Shown here: piece by piece, positions 12,269-24,899 of the stretch
How positions within the stretch are numbered: position 1 is the stretch's first letter
How the letters are laid out: every line of letters starts with the position of its first letter
DNA from: Mobula hypostoma
Lineage: Eukaryota
Assembly: GCF_963921235.1 (NCBI RefSeq)
Contig: NC_086097.1
Coordinates: forward strand, 54,686,001-54,750,000
Direction: 5' to 3'
DNA length: 64,000 nucleotides
The notes under the pieces: generated by a model
What the model was told of the DNA's origin: nothing
What the model saw: the letters and a program-made list of their open reading frames with translations, nothing else
Database searches by the model: none
Translations under genes and position numbers: made by a program

Positions 12269-12319
12269 CTCGGAAGGAGAACACAAAAGACTGGATTTAA
12301 GAAAATTAAAAAAGTAAAG

Positions 12320-13795
12320 AGCTCCATTCCTCCATGACCTCCTCTACTGCCATAATGAAGTCAAAATCAGGTTGGAGGAGCAACACTTCATATCCCATCT
12401 GGCATGAACACTGATTTCTCCAACTTCCAGTAATTTCTTCCCCTCCCTGCTTCTCTCTTTTTCCATTCCCCATTCTGGCCATATTCAAGCTTGCTGACGA
12501 CACCACTGTTGTAGGCCAAATCAAAAGTGGTGACAAATCAGCACGTAGGAGGGAGATGGAAAATCTGGCTGAGTGGTGGCATAACAACAAACGCTTACTC
12601 AATCTCAGCAAGACCAAGGAGTTGATTATTGACTCCAGGCAGAGGAAACCAAAGGGCCATGAGCCAGTCCTCCATCAGTGGTGGAGAGGGTCAGCAACTT
12701 TAAATTCTTAGGTGTTATCATTTCAGAGGACTTATCTTAGGCCCAGCACATAGATGCAATTATGAAGAATGCAATGCAGGCCCTCATATTTCCTTTGGAG
12801 TTCGCGACGATTCAATATGACATTTAAAACTTTGACAAGCTTCTACAAATGTGGTGTGGAGAGTATAGTGACTGGCTGCATCACAGCCTGGTATGGAAAC
12901 ACCAATGCCGTTAAATGGAAAGTCCTACAAAAGCAGTAGACACAGCCCAGTCCATCACGGTTAAAGACCTCTCCACCATTGAGCACATCTACATGAAATG
13001 TTGTTGCAGGAGAGCACAATTCATCATCGGGACCCCCCACAACCCAGGTCAGGCTCTCTTCTCCCTGCTGCCTTTAGTAAGAAGGTGCAGGAACCTCAGA
13101 ACTCATACCACCAGGTTCAGGAATAGTTATTACCCCTCAACCATCATGGTCTTGAACCAAAGGAAATAATTTCACTCAACTTCATATGCCCCACCATTGA
13201 AATGTTCCCACAGCCTGACAACTCACTTTCAAGGACCCTTCATTTCAATTTCTCAATATTTATTGCTTATTTATTGATTAGTATTATTTTTCTTGTTGTA
13301 TTTGCACAGTTTGTTGTCTTTTGCACACTGTTTCAATGCCCAAGCTGGTGCGGTCTTTCATTGATTCTGTTATGGTCATTATTCTATTCTGGATTTACCG
13401 AGTATGCCCGCAAGAAAATGAGCCACTGGGTTGTTTCTAGTGACATACTATATACTTCGATAATAAATTTACTTTGAACTTTGTTTACCCTCTCACTTCA
13501 TCTCCTCTTCTCACTTGCCCATCACTTCACTCTAGTTTTTGGTCCCTCTTCCTTCCCCTTCTTCCAGGGTCCACTGTCCTCTCCTGTATCCCCTCCCAGC
13601 TTCTTACTTCATCTCCCTTCCCCCACTCATCTACCTACCCCCCTCACCTGCCTGCTTGTACTACTTCCCCTTCCCCACCTCCTTCTTCTGCCTTCTACCC
13701 CCTTTCTTTCCAGTCCTGTTGGTCTTAGCTCAAACTGTTTGTTGCCCTCTGTAGATACTGCCTGACTTGAGTTCCTCCAGACTTTTGCGTGTTGC
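12320..13795 (+). mobile_element. Decayed Penelope 3' fragment split by a Rex1/Babar LINE 3' fragment (~12480-13483)
   Basis: Flanks resemble 4960-5477. The insert encodes KLADDTTVVG...LNLSKTKELIID and ends in aataaatttactttgaactttg. Confidence 0.8.
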
Positions 13796-14153
13796 TATTA
13801 ATATATTCCTACTAAATTCAGCTTTGTTGATATGAGATACTGCTCCCTAAGAAGTTTCAATACAAATAAGAAGCAGAAAGATATGCAACTTCATCAGCAG
13901 ACAGACTCCGTTTGTACCCATAATACAGTCCTATTTGAAAATACTGAGAATATGCTTCTTCTCCTTTTCTAGAAACAGGCCTTGCAAGAGTAAACACTGG
14001 GAGGCATATTTAGGATGTCATTGAAAAAATGTAATTTACAACACTAAACGGCAAACTATCTTTTTCTATCATTTTTCTACCTATACTCAAATGTTGAAGG
14101 AGAAGGAATACAATTAGCACAAAATCTTCAAGTAAAGTAAAACAATCCCTTAC

Positions 14154-14197
14154 CTTAAAGGGATTGCCACGTGCAAGAATATTGCTTGTAAGAGCTA
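14154..14197 (-). CDS. WDHD1: WDHD1 small exon (~22), ALTSNILARGNPFK
   Basis: taacag acceptor, AAG|gtaag donor, 44 nt; conserved NPFK. Confidence 0.88.
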
Positions 14198-14339
14198 CTG
14201 TTAACAGAAGAGATATCAAGTTATATAACAAAACCTTAGAAGGACAAAAATGCTTTTACAATTTTACTGATGGAAAAAAATGTTGTTCCACTGTATATTA
14301 AAATTTACGTCAATTAGTGTATGAAGTGATCATCCAGAC

Positions 14340-15950
14340 ACAATCAACAGAAGAGGATTGATAAAGGCAAGGCTGTGGACATTGTCTACATTGGTTTTAA
14401 CAAGGCCTTTTACGAAGTCCTGCATGGTAGGCGAGCTTGGAAGGTTAAATCACATGCAATGCAGAGAGCGCTAGCTTGATCATAGAGGTCGATGATGAAA
14501 GGTTGTTTCTAGGCAGGAGGATGTGACCGGTAGTGTGCTATGGGGATTGGTGCTGAGCCTACTGCTGTTAACATCAGTGATTTGGATGAGAATGTATAAT
14601 TCACGGTTAATAAGTTTGCAGATGACATTTAAATGTGTGTATGATAAAATACGAAGAATGTTATCAAAAATTACAAGATAAATTGATCATCTAGATAAAT
14701 TGGCTGAGGAATGGCAAATGACATTCAATACAGATAACAACAAAGTGTTGCATTTTGGAAAGCTCACCAGGGTAGAGTAGTATAGTGAACAGTAGTGCTC
14801 ATGGAAATGTTGTAAAGGACTTAGGAGTACAAGTATATGGTTCATTGAAAATAGCACCACAGTTAAGACAGTATTTTGGCATGCTGACTTTCATCAGTAT
14901 ACCTACAGGAAAGATGCAAATCAGGTCAAAAGAGTACAGGGAAAATTTACAAGAATATTGCCCAATCTGGAGAACCTGTGTTATATGGAAAGATTGAATA
15001 GGTTAGGACTTTATTCCTTAGAATGTAGAAGCTTAAGAGATTTGACAGAGGTATACAAAATTATGAGGGGTATAACTAGGGTAAATGTAAGCAGGCTTTT
15101 TCCATTGAAGTTACGTGGGACGACAATCAGAGGTCGTGGGTTAAGGGTGAAAGATGAAAAGTTGAAGGGGAACATGAGGGGAAATTACTTCACTCAGAGG
15201 GTCGTGAGAGTGTAATGAGTTGCTAGCACAAGTGGTGCATGCAAGCTCAATTTAAACATTTAAAAGAAGTTTGGATAGGTTCATGGATGGTAAAGGTATG
15301 CAGGGCTATATTCCAGGTGCAGGTCGATTGGAGTAGGTGATTTTGACATGGACTAGAGGGGGCAAAGGTTCTGTTTCTGAGATGTACTTCTCCATGACTT
15401 TATAGGCTTGAACATCATGTTGCAGCTGTACAAGATGTTGGTGAGGGTGAAATTGGATACTCTGTACAGTTCTGGTTATCTTGTTATAGAAAAGATGTCA
15501 TTAAGGTGGAAAGAGCGCAGTTACCCGAATGCTGTCAAGTCTCAAGGAAGAGCTTGAGCAGGCTAGGACTGTTCCATGCAGTATACAAGAATGAAGGTAT
15601 AGAGGTGTATGAAATCATTAGGAACATGGATGAAGTGAATACACATAGCCTTTTTCCCTCAGAGAAAGGCAATTGAAAAATAGAAGGTATAGGTTTAACA
15701 TGAGAGGGGAAAGATTTAAAAGGAAACCAGTCGGCAACTTCTTCACACAGAGGGCGCTATGTATATGGAATAAGCTGCCAGAGGAAGTGGTTGAGGCAGA
15801 GACAATAATAACGCTTAAATGACATTTGGATAGATAGATTGGTAAGAAAGGTTTAAAGAGAACTCAGCCAAATAGGATTAGCTTTGATGGGCATATTGGT
15901 TGGCATGGACTCTATGACAAAAGAGCCCCTTTCTGTGCTTTTCTACTCTA
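14340..15950 (+). mobile_element. Old CR1 fragments, at least two overlapping copies
   Basis: Degenerate KFADD; ORF 14958..15215 ERLNRLGLYSLE...YFTQRVV. Confidence 0.8.
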
Positions 15951-16484
15951 CTTAAAGGAAATGATCCTGGATCAAAAATATACTTGATATTAATGATACA
16001 TGTCCTGATGTGACACTTACACCATTGCACAAATCATACTCAATATAGTCCACTGTCCAGCACCACACTCCTCTCTTTCTATATTCTAACTAGTTACTGT
16101 GTCCAATCTTACTTGAACTCCTGTTTCAGGAGCAAGATGAAAAGGCAATGGGAGCTTCACATATTTGCTACGCATCATTTATAAACCTACCTGGATTCTT
16201 TTCTTGACTGGGCTTTACTCTGACAGATTTTGATAGCTTAGCTTTTGAAGTTTTTAATATGTCTCAGATCCATGTGGATAGCTTTTAAATGTCTGACTCT
16301 TAAATACTAATTTCAAATAATTTAAAATGCAAAATAGCGAGGTACTGTTAAATAATTAGAAACATTACAAGGTACAATAATCTTAGAACTTGCCTTCCTT
16401 GGCATGATCTGATTGTATTCAAACCCAAGGAGCACATGTTCAAACACCAGACATTCTTGGAATAAATCAGAAAGGGCAGATTTA

Positions 16485-16765
16485 AGTGGAGCCACTCTCT
16501 CAGAGTGCCAGAGACGCAGGTTCATTCCTGGCCCTGGGTGCTGTGTGAGGAGATTCTGTGACTGCATTGGCTTCCTCCCACATCCTAAAGATATGTGGTT
16601 TAGCAGGCTAATTGGTGGCTGTAAATTGCCCTGATAGTGTAGGCAAATGGAATTGATGAATATGTAGGAGAATTTTAAAAATGGGATTTACAATGAGTAT
16701 TTACTGATCAGCATACTCAGAGAGCCAAAAGACCTGTTTCCCTGTTGTGTCTTATCTATGACTTT
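16485..16765 (+). repeat. HE1/V-SINE-like tRNA-derived SINE
   Basis: Central motif ttcctcccaca.tccaaaga...taattgg...tgtaaattg.ccc, shared with copies at 23815, 36470, 44670 and 53630. Confidence 0.6.
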
Positions 16766-17138
16766 AAAAGTCCACCTATCTTATCATTTCTGCATCATTG
16801 AACTCAGTGGTAAGCCCAGCACAAAGCAGATGGTTAACTGCATCAACAACTAACGTCCAGTACATTTCAGATTTCCATGCACAGAAGACCAAGACACACT
16901 GACTACCTGACAGCTGATAGTTAATCGTTTTACTGGTGAACACGATTCAGTCTAGTAATGAAGCAAATGGTTGAACAAATTCTGATGTTTTAAGGCATGG
17001 CATACTGCAACACGTATTTATCATGCATGCAAGCAAACATACTAAGTTACAGTATTTCTCAAATTATAATTCTAAATACGTAAATGTAAAAAATTGCAGT
17101 ACTGGCAAGTTCCATGAATATAATTTGATATTACATAC

Positions 17139-17195
17139 CAGATTTTGTAGTTATTTTTTCCAGAGAGTCAAGATCTTTACTAAATGGATTTAATC
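17139..17195 (-). CDS. WDHD1: WDHD1 small exon (~21), LNPFSKDLDSLEKITTKS
   Basis: ttctctactgcag acceptor, G|gtatgt donor, 57 nt, phase 1-1; resembles human QNSFSK...AKSG. Not in the ORF track. Confidence 0.85.
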
Positions 17196-17410
17196 CTGCA
17201 GTAGAGAAGTCCACAAATTAATTGTATTCAATAAGTACTCAATGTTGTTTTAGATGAATACTAGATTAACCAACTGACAAAATGCCAGTAAAAATAAACT
17301 AAAATTATTTTAGGAAATTGAGGGAAAGTTTCAGTCAGTCTATTTGTACAAGTATTTCCTCTGTTTATTTTTAACACACTTCTGCACAAAAGGATAAAAT
17401 GAAAGTGGGT

Positions 17411-20400
17411 AGATAGAAACATAGAAAATAGATGAAGGAGTGGGCCATTCGGCCCTTCAAGCCTGAACCGCCATTCAATATGATCATGGCTGATCATCCA
17501 ACTCAGAACCCTGTACCTGCCTTCTCTCCATACCCCCTGATCCCTTTAGCCAAAAGGGCCATATCTAACTCCCTTTTAAATATAGCCAATGAACTGGCCT
17601 CAACTGTTTCTTGTGGCAGAGAATTCCACAGATTCACCACTCTCTGTGTGAAGAAGTTTTTCCTCATCTCGGTCCTAAAAGGCTTCCCCTTTATCCTTAA
17701 ACTGTGACCCCTCGTTCTGGACTTCCCCAACATCGGGAACAATCTTCCTGCATCTAACCTGTCCAATCCCTTTAGAATTTTATACGTTTCAATAAGATCC
17801 CCCCTCAATCTTCTGAATTCCAGAGAGTATAAGCCTAGTTGATCCAGTCTTTCATTATATGAAAGTCCTGCCATCCCAGGAATCAATCTGGTGAACCTTC
17901 TTTGTACTCCCTCTGTCTTTCCTCAGATTAGGGGACCAAAACTGCACACAATACTCCAGGTGTGGTCTCACCAAGGCCTTGTACAACTACAGTAGTACCT
18001 CCCTGCTCCTGTACTCGAATCCTCTTGCTATGAATGCCAGCATACCATTCGCCTTTTTCACCACCTGCTGTACCTGCATGCCCACTTTCAATGACTGGTG
18101 TATAATGACACCCAGGTCTCGTTGCACCTCCCCTTTTCCTAATCGGCCACCATTCATATAATAATCTGTTTTCTTGTTTTTGCCACCAAAGTGGATAACA
18201 CATTTATCCACATTAAATTGCATCTGCCATGAATTTGCCCACTCACCTAACCTATCCAAGTCACCCTGCATCCTCTTAGCATCCTCCTCACAGCTAACAC
18301 TGCCGCCCAGCTTCGTGTCATCCGCAAACTTGGAGATGCTGCATTTAATTCCCTCGTCTAAGTCATTAATATATATTGTAAACAACTGGGGTCCCAGCAC
18401 TGAGCCTTGCGGTACCCCACTAGTCACCGCCTGCCATTCTGAAAAGGTCCCGTTTATTCCCACTCTTTGCTTCCTGTCTGCCAACCAATTCTCTATCCAT
18501 ATTAATACCTTACCCCCAATACCGTGTGCTTTAAGTTTGCACACTAATCTCCTGTGTGGGACCTTGTCAAAAGCCTTTTGAAAATCCAAATATACCAAAT
18601 CCACCGGTTCTCCCCTATCCATTCTACTAGTTACATCCTCAAAAAATTCTTTTTGAGATTCGTCAGACATGATTTTCTTTTCACAAATCCATGTTGACTT
18701 TGTCCGATGATTTCACCACTTTCCAAATGTGCTGTTATCACATCTTTGATAACTGACTCTAGCATTCCCCACCACCGATGTCAGGCTAACCGGTCTATAA
18801 TTCCCCGGTTTCTCTCTCCCTCCCTTTTTAAAAAGCGGGGTTACATTAGCCACCCTCCAATCCTCAGGAACGAGTCCAAAATCTAAAGAGTTCTGAAAAA
18901 TTATCACCAATGCATCCACTATTTCTTGGGCTACTTCCTTAAGCACTCTGGGATGCAGACCATCTGGCCCTGGGGATTTACCTGCCTTTAATCCCTTCAA
19001 TTTACCCAACACCACTCCCCTACTAACATGCATTTTCCTTGGTTCCTCCATCTCACTAGACCCTCAGTCCCCTAATATTTCCGGAAGATTATTTCTGTCC
19101 TCCTTAGTGAAGACAGAACCAAAGTAGTTATTCCATTGGTCTGCCATGTCCTTGTTCCCCATGATCAATTCACCTGTTTCTGACTACAAGGGACCTACAT
19201 TTGTCTTAACCAATCTTTTTTCTTTTCACATATCTATAAAAGCTTTTACAGTCAGTTTTTATGTTCCCTGCCAGTCTTCTCTCATAATCTTTTCTCCCTT
19301 TCCTAATTAAGCCCTTTGTCCTCCTCTGCTGGACTCTGAATTTCTCCCAGTCCTCAGGTGTGCCACTTTTTCTGGCTAATTTGTACGATTCTTCTTTGGA
19401 ATTGATACTATCCCTAATTTCCCTTGTCAGCCACGGGTGCACTACCTTCCCTAGTTTATTCTTTTGCCAAACTGGGATGAACAATTGTTATAGTTCATTC
19501 ATGCGATCTTTAAATGCTTGCCATTGGACATCCACTGTCAACCCTTTAAGTATCATTTGCCAGTCTATCTTAGCTATTTCACGTCTCATACCTTCAAAGT
19601 TACCCTTCTTTAAGTTCAGAACCCTTGTTTCTGAATTAACTATGTCACTCTCCACCTTAATGAAGAATTCCACCATATTATGGTCATACTTACCCAAGGG
19701 GCCTCCCATGACAAGATTGCTAATTAACCCTTCCTTATTGCTCAATACCCAGTCTAGAATGGCCTGCTGTCTAGTTGGTTCAGAAAACCATCCCGCATAC
19801 ATTCCAAGAAATCCTCTTCCTCAGCACCCTTACCAATTTGGTTCACCCAATCTATATATAGATTGAAGTCACCCATTATAACTGCTGTACCTTTATTTAT
19901 TTCTAATTTCCTGTTTAATGCCATCCCCAACCTCACTACTACTGTTAGGTGGCCTGTACACAACTCCCACCAGCGTTTTCTGCCCCTTAGTGTTATGCAG
20001 CTCTACCCATATCGATTCCACATCCTCCTGGCTGATGTCCTTCCTTTCTATTGCGTTAATCTTCTCTCTAACCAGCAATACTACTCCACCTCTTTTTCTT
20101 TCATGTCTATCCCTCCTGAATATTCAATATCCCTGAATGTTGAGCTCCCATCCTTGGTCACCCTGGAGCCATGTCTCTGTGATCCCAACTATATCATATT
20201 CATTAATAACTATGTGCAATTCATCCACCTTGTTATGAATGCTCCTTGCATTGACACACAAAGCCTTCAGGCTTGCTTTTACAACACTCTTAGCCCTTAT
20301 ACAATTATGTTGAAAAGTGGCCCTTTTTGATTTCTGCCCTGGGTTTGCCTGCCTGCCACTTTTACATTTTACCTTACTACTTTTTGCTTCTACCCTCATT

Positions 20401-20690
20401 TTACACCCCTCTGTCTCTCTGTACTTGTTTCCATCCCCCTGTCACATTAGTTTAAATCCTCCTGAACAACAGTAGCAAATGCTCCCCCTAGGAAATTGGT
20501 TCCAGTCCAGCCAGGTGCAGACCGTCCTGTTTGTACCGGTCCCACCTCCTCCAGAACTGGTTCCAATGCCCCAGAAATTTGAATCCCTCCCCCTTGCACC
20601 ATTTTTCAAGCCACGTATTCATCTGATATATCCTCCTATTTCTACTCTGACTAGCACATGGCACTGGTAGTAATCCAGAGATAACTGCAG
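17411..20690 (-). mobile_element. CR1-clade LINE, ~3.3 kb: 3' end of ORF1 (SGNH esterase-like) plus nearly complete but disrupted ORF2
   Basis: ISGLLPVP...WLEKWCKGEGFKFLGHW...DGLHL; NARSI.NK, ITETWL, VYRPP, GDFN, RT GVPQGS/KFADD; 3' ttctatgtttctat tail. Confidence 0.95.
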
Positions 20691-20843
20691 TGAAAGTAAT
20701 GCAATTATGTTTATTTAATATCCTCATGGGAATAGCCTCACAAAAGGAACAACCAATATTGTAAAACTACAGCTGGTTAGAATTAGAATCAGGCTAGAGA
20801 AATACTCTGCAAATTTAAAATTTTAATATTTGGCTTGTCTCAC

Positions 20844-21007
20844 TTCTATTTGCATGAAGTCGTTCCTCAGGATCCAATCCAGAGACACCATCTTCTTCTG
20901 CATCGTTCTGTACACCTTCGTCATTTCCTCCTCCTGTATTCTGAATGCAACTTTGAGCTGAAGGTTGCATGTGGGGTGAATTATATCCAGTAACTGGTCT
21001 ACTGTAA
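20844..21007 (-). CDS. WDHD1: WDHD1 exon (~20), YSRPVTGYNSPHMQ...DAEEDGVSGLDPEERLHANR
   Basis: ctttatatag acceptor, A|gtgaga donor, 164 nt. Low-conservation linker; the donor is inferred from phase fit with the next exon. Confidence 0.8.
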
Positions 21008-21394
21008 CTATATAAAGAAGACAGTGTCAATAACTAGCAGAATTTACTCCACTAAGTACCTCAGGGTTTAACTTAAAGAAGATCACTTTTCTATACCAAG
21101 CAATTCAGTGCCAAGGTACAAAAACATGCAGAGGCTGGTTGCTACTTATTTATTTCAATGTGATTAGGTGAAATCAATTGCTCTTTAGAATTTAATGGGC
21201 AACTGTGTGCAATGCCATTTACTGTATTTCAAAATATCCTAACTGCTCATTTTTTCTTCCAAGCTATGAATGATATTCTAAAGTTATATGGGGACTCAGC
21301 TTATGCTTCACAAATAAACTTAATTCAAGCCATTTATACTTCACTCCAGCATTTTCCCTACATGTTGATAACATTTGTAAATGTATACACATCA

Positions 21395-21720
21395 CAGGCA
21401 TCCATTAGTCCGGTGAGACCATGGATTTGCACCTTGGAAGGTTTCCAGGGCGCAGGCCTGGGCAAGGTTGTATGGAAGACCGACAGTTGCCCATGCTGCA
21501 AGTCTCCCCTTTCCATGCCGCAAGTCTCCCCTTTCCATGCCACCAATGTTGTCCAAGGGAAGGGCACTAGGGCCGATACAGCTTGGTACTGGTTTCATCG
21601 CAGAGCAATGTGTGGTTAAGTGCCTTGCTCAAGGACATAACACGCTGTCTTAGCTAAGGCTTGGACTAGCGACCTTCAGATCACTAGACCGACGCCTTAA
21701 CCACTTGGCCATGCGCCAAC
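21395..21720 (-). repeat. tRNA-derived (CORE-like) SINE with 11-bp TSD
   Basis: A box TGGCCAAGTGG; CORE-like gtccttgagcaaggcacttaac; TSD tatacacatca at 21384-21394 and 21721-21731; internal 22-bp tandem duplication at 21498-21541. Confidence 0.8.
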
Positions 21721-22082
21721 TATACACATCAGAGTAATACAGTACAAGCTAAATTAGGAGTAGAACCACTAGAAAGAAATGGTGTAACAGGAGGAATTTT
21801 TAATTCATGATGTGCAGCACTAGATGAAATATTTCAAAAATTCCAGACGTTAACTACATTCTGCTGAGCCATTAACAGTATTTGGTGATTTTGGCTTGGT
21901 CATTTTATTTACATTTTATCCTATAATATACTCTCCAGCTTTACAATGTATGTGGAATAGTGTGTCCCTGAGATGTCAATTTTAACACTGCAAAGAATTT
22001 GTTACTGTGTTAAGATCTTTTTCCTTAGACCATGATTTTGTGGGAATATACTGCAATTACAATATAACACAAGTGCCAATAC

Positions 22083-22279
22083 CCAGTATTTAATTCCGTA
22101 TCCTCCTCCTGTACTGCAGTCAGTGTCGCAGCTTTCTCCTGCGCCAGATCACTGAGGCGCTGTGCAAGCGTTAGACGTTTTGAACGTGAAGCATACTTGA
22201 TAGCCAGACTTAAGACATTCTGGGTCATAAACTCCGAAAGCTCTTCACAACGAAATTCACGATCAACCTTGCAAGATAA
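22083..22279 (-). CDS. WDHD1: WDHD1 exon (~19), LSCKVDREFRCEELSEFMTQNVLSLAIKYASRSKRLTLAQRLSDLAQEKAATLTAVQEEDTELNT
   Basis: catttag acceptor, GG|gtatt donor, 197 nt. Confidence 0.94.
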
Positions 22280-23168
22280 CTAAATGATAAACAAAATATT
22301 AATGCTTTACTTACTTGTCAGATTAGTTCTCATTTTAAAATTGTTTACTTTTAAAAAATACAAATTGCAAGAAGGAACATTAAACAGTTATCACCTTTGC
22401 CCTGTAGTTGAAACATCAGTGCTCAAATCAATCTTCAGTGATAAGGAATCTGCATGCATGGATGATGCAAATTTTTCTTTTGTATCATCCATGAAGAATT
22501 TCCAATGCATTCAGAGTCAGTATTTCTGCTTCTCAACAATATTTAATCAAAACTTCAAGTAAAATAAAGGAAAAAAAATAACTCAGACTATTTGGGCACA
22601 GGCTTCTTAACATGCAACTGCATGATTTTAAAGGAACTGAGTTTCAGCCCAGTGGTCTGATGACAAAATATCCAGAAGTCTATTGTGCAACTGTCACGTG
22701 GGTCTCCAATGCACAATACTACAATAAAGTGGCAAGATTAGTTCTATAGTACATCGTCTCATTCACTGCAATCTTAGAAGACTCATGTTTCAGTTTACAG
22801 GGGACCCAATATACTTATAAAACTACTTTTTGTTGCAAATTCTAGTAAAGATACAAGGTGGAATTAATCACCCTCACATTAAAAATATTTGCATTTTACC
22901 TTAAAAAATACTGCACTTGAGTCAGATCAATCCAAATTCCAATCGCTACTTGTTAAAACTTTAAGAAGATGAGGAGTTAAAGTAGCTCCAAATCGAATGT
23001 ATATAAAACTATTCAGTTGTACATTAAAAATAAGATTCCAGCCACAATTTATCATACAAAGATTCTTTTGTTGCAGAATATTAGAAGAGTTCCATTTTCA
23101 CGAACAGCCATGAGATAATACTTATATTTGCAGAAACAGCTGTGGAAGATTATATACATTATACTCAC

Positions 23169-23300
23169 AGCAAACATTTTCATAAGCAGTTCCTGCTGTT
23201 CCTTCACTGCTTGGTTTTCCGCAGCTAGATCGAATTCATAGTTATTTGCTTCCAAATAGTCAAAATGGTTATGAAACAAAACAGATCGCCAGTACTGCTC
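23169..23300 (-). CDS. WDHD1: WDHD1 exon (~18), EQYWRSVLFHNHFDYLEANNYEFDLAAENQAVKEQQELLMKMFA
   Basis: ctttttgcag acceptor, GCT|gtgagt donor, 132 nt. Confidence 0.95.
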
Positions 23301-23814
23301 CTGCAAAAAGAGAAAAATTGAAATTATCTATTACGTGCTACTCACAATATTTGAATACAGGGACTTGATATACTGAATATCTGCAGATTGAGCCAACTAA
23401 TATCGAAAAAGCAAAAATCTCCCCAGGGCTTACATGAAATCCATCTATACTAATTATCTTCGAGATTAACCTCTGCTTACAGATCCAAATCCCACAGAAT
23501 CATTAGTTGCTTAAAGCTGCATTATGGCTCCATCTGGCACTGGGCATCACAACAAACACAGTGGCAAGAATTAGCTATTTAAACAGTGGGTCAATTCACT
23601 TACAGGTGACATACATGTAGGACTGTAGCAGTGACATTCACCTTTCTTGGAAGATGAAGTAGTAGAATGGATCAGTCACTGATTATGGAACCTAGCTGAA
23701 TTTAATTTCTGTTGATTTCTTTGATCAGAAATGGCATCACCCAAATAATTACCCAATACTCAACCCTCCCAAACATCAGAGTATGTCTCAGTTTTTTCAA
23801 AATCTAATAGGCAA

Positions 23815-24115
23815 CTGGGGATGCACAACAATGTAGTGGTTAGCACAACACCTTACAGTACCAGCAACCCAGGTTTAATTTCCACCAATGTCTGTATAAT
23901 GTTTGTATGTTCTCTGCACAACTGCGTGGATTTCCTCTGGGTTCTCCAGTTTCCTCCCACAGTCCAAAGACTTACCAGCTGGTAGGTTAATTGGGCATTG
24001 TAAATTGTCCCGTGATTATGCTAGGGTTAAATCGGGGGAGGGGGCTGCTGGGTGGCACAGCTCGAAGGGCCAGAAGGACATATTCCGCACTGTATCCCAA
24101 TAAATAAATAAATCT
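23815..24115 (+). repeat. HE1/V-SINE-like SINE
   Basis: tRNA-like head (tagtggttagcac...ggttt), central ctccagtttcctcccacagtccaaagac, (taaa)n tail. Confidence 0.75.
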
Positions 24116-24458
24116 ATTAAACTTGGAGTTTTTGATCCTAGCTACATTCTCAGAATTAAAGCCTATCTTCCCAAAATATACTTTGAAAAAAACATGACAG
24201 AATATTATACACACATACCTACATCGTCTGCTAAACTTGAGAATGCAAACTTAGAAAAATGGTTAACATAAATTTCACTGATTTAAAAAAAATATTTCAA
24301 CAATTAGCTTCATAAACTAGAGGCACAGAAGCAGGCTGTTCAGCCTACCACATCCATGCCAACCAAGCATCAAGCTAAACTAACCCCGTTTAACAGCACT
24401 TAGTCCAGAGCTTTCTATAACATTACAGTTCAAGTGCTTGTCTAGATACTTTATTAGT

Positions 24459-24797
24459 ATAGAAACATAGAAAACCTACAGCACAATACAGGCCCTTCGG
24501 CCCACAAAGCTGTGCCACACATGTTCCTACCTTAAAACTACTTCAGCTTTACCCATAGCCCTCTATTTTTCTAAGCTCCATGTAGCCATCCAAGAGTCTC
24601 TTAAAAGACTCCATCGTTTCCGCCTCCACTACCGCCGCCGGCAGCCCATTCCACACACTCACCAGTCTCTGCGTAAAAAACTTACCCCTGACGCCTCCTC
24701 TGTACCTACTTCCAAGCACCTTAAAACTATGCTCTCTCACGCTAGCCATTTCAGCCCTGGGGAAAAGCCTCTGACTATCCACACGATCAATGCCTAC
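24459..24797 (-). mobile_element. Young CR1 3' fragment
   Basis: GIDRVDSQRLFPR...FFTQR; same subfamily as 32791-33149 and 36608-37133. Confidence 0.85.
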
Positions 24798-24899
24798 CAT
24801 CTCTTCAGACATTGTGTCCGAGGTCACAAGTGAAAAAAAATCTCTCTTTAATCTTTTATTCACTTTAAATCATGTACTTTTCCTTTAAATGTCTTTGTT

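Noticed and set aside
16191..16262. Possible extra WDHD1 exon ending ...KPSQEKNP G|gtagg
   Set aside because: The donor is good, but there is no pyrimidine-rich acceptor. The exon at 17139-17195 has strong sites, homology and the correct phase, so this one is not needed.
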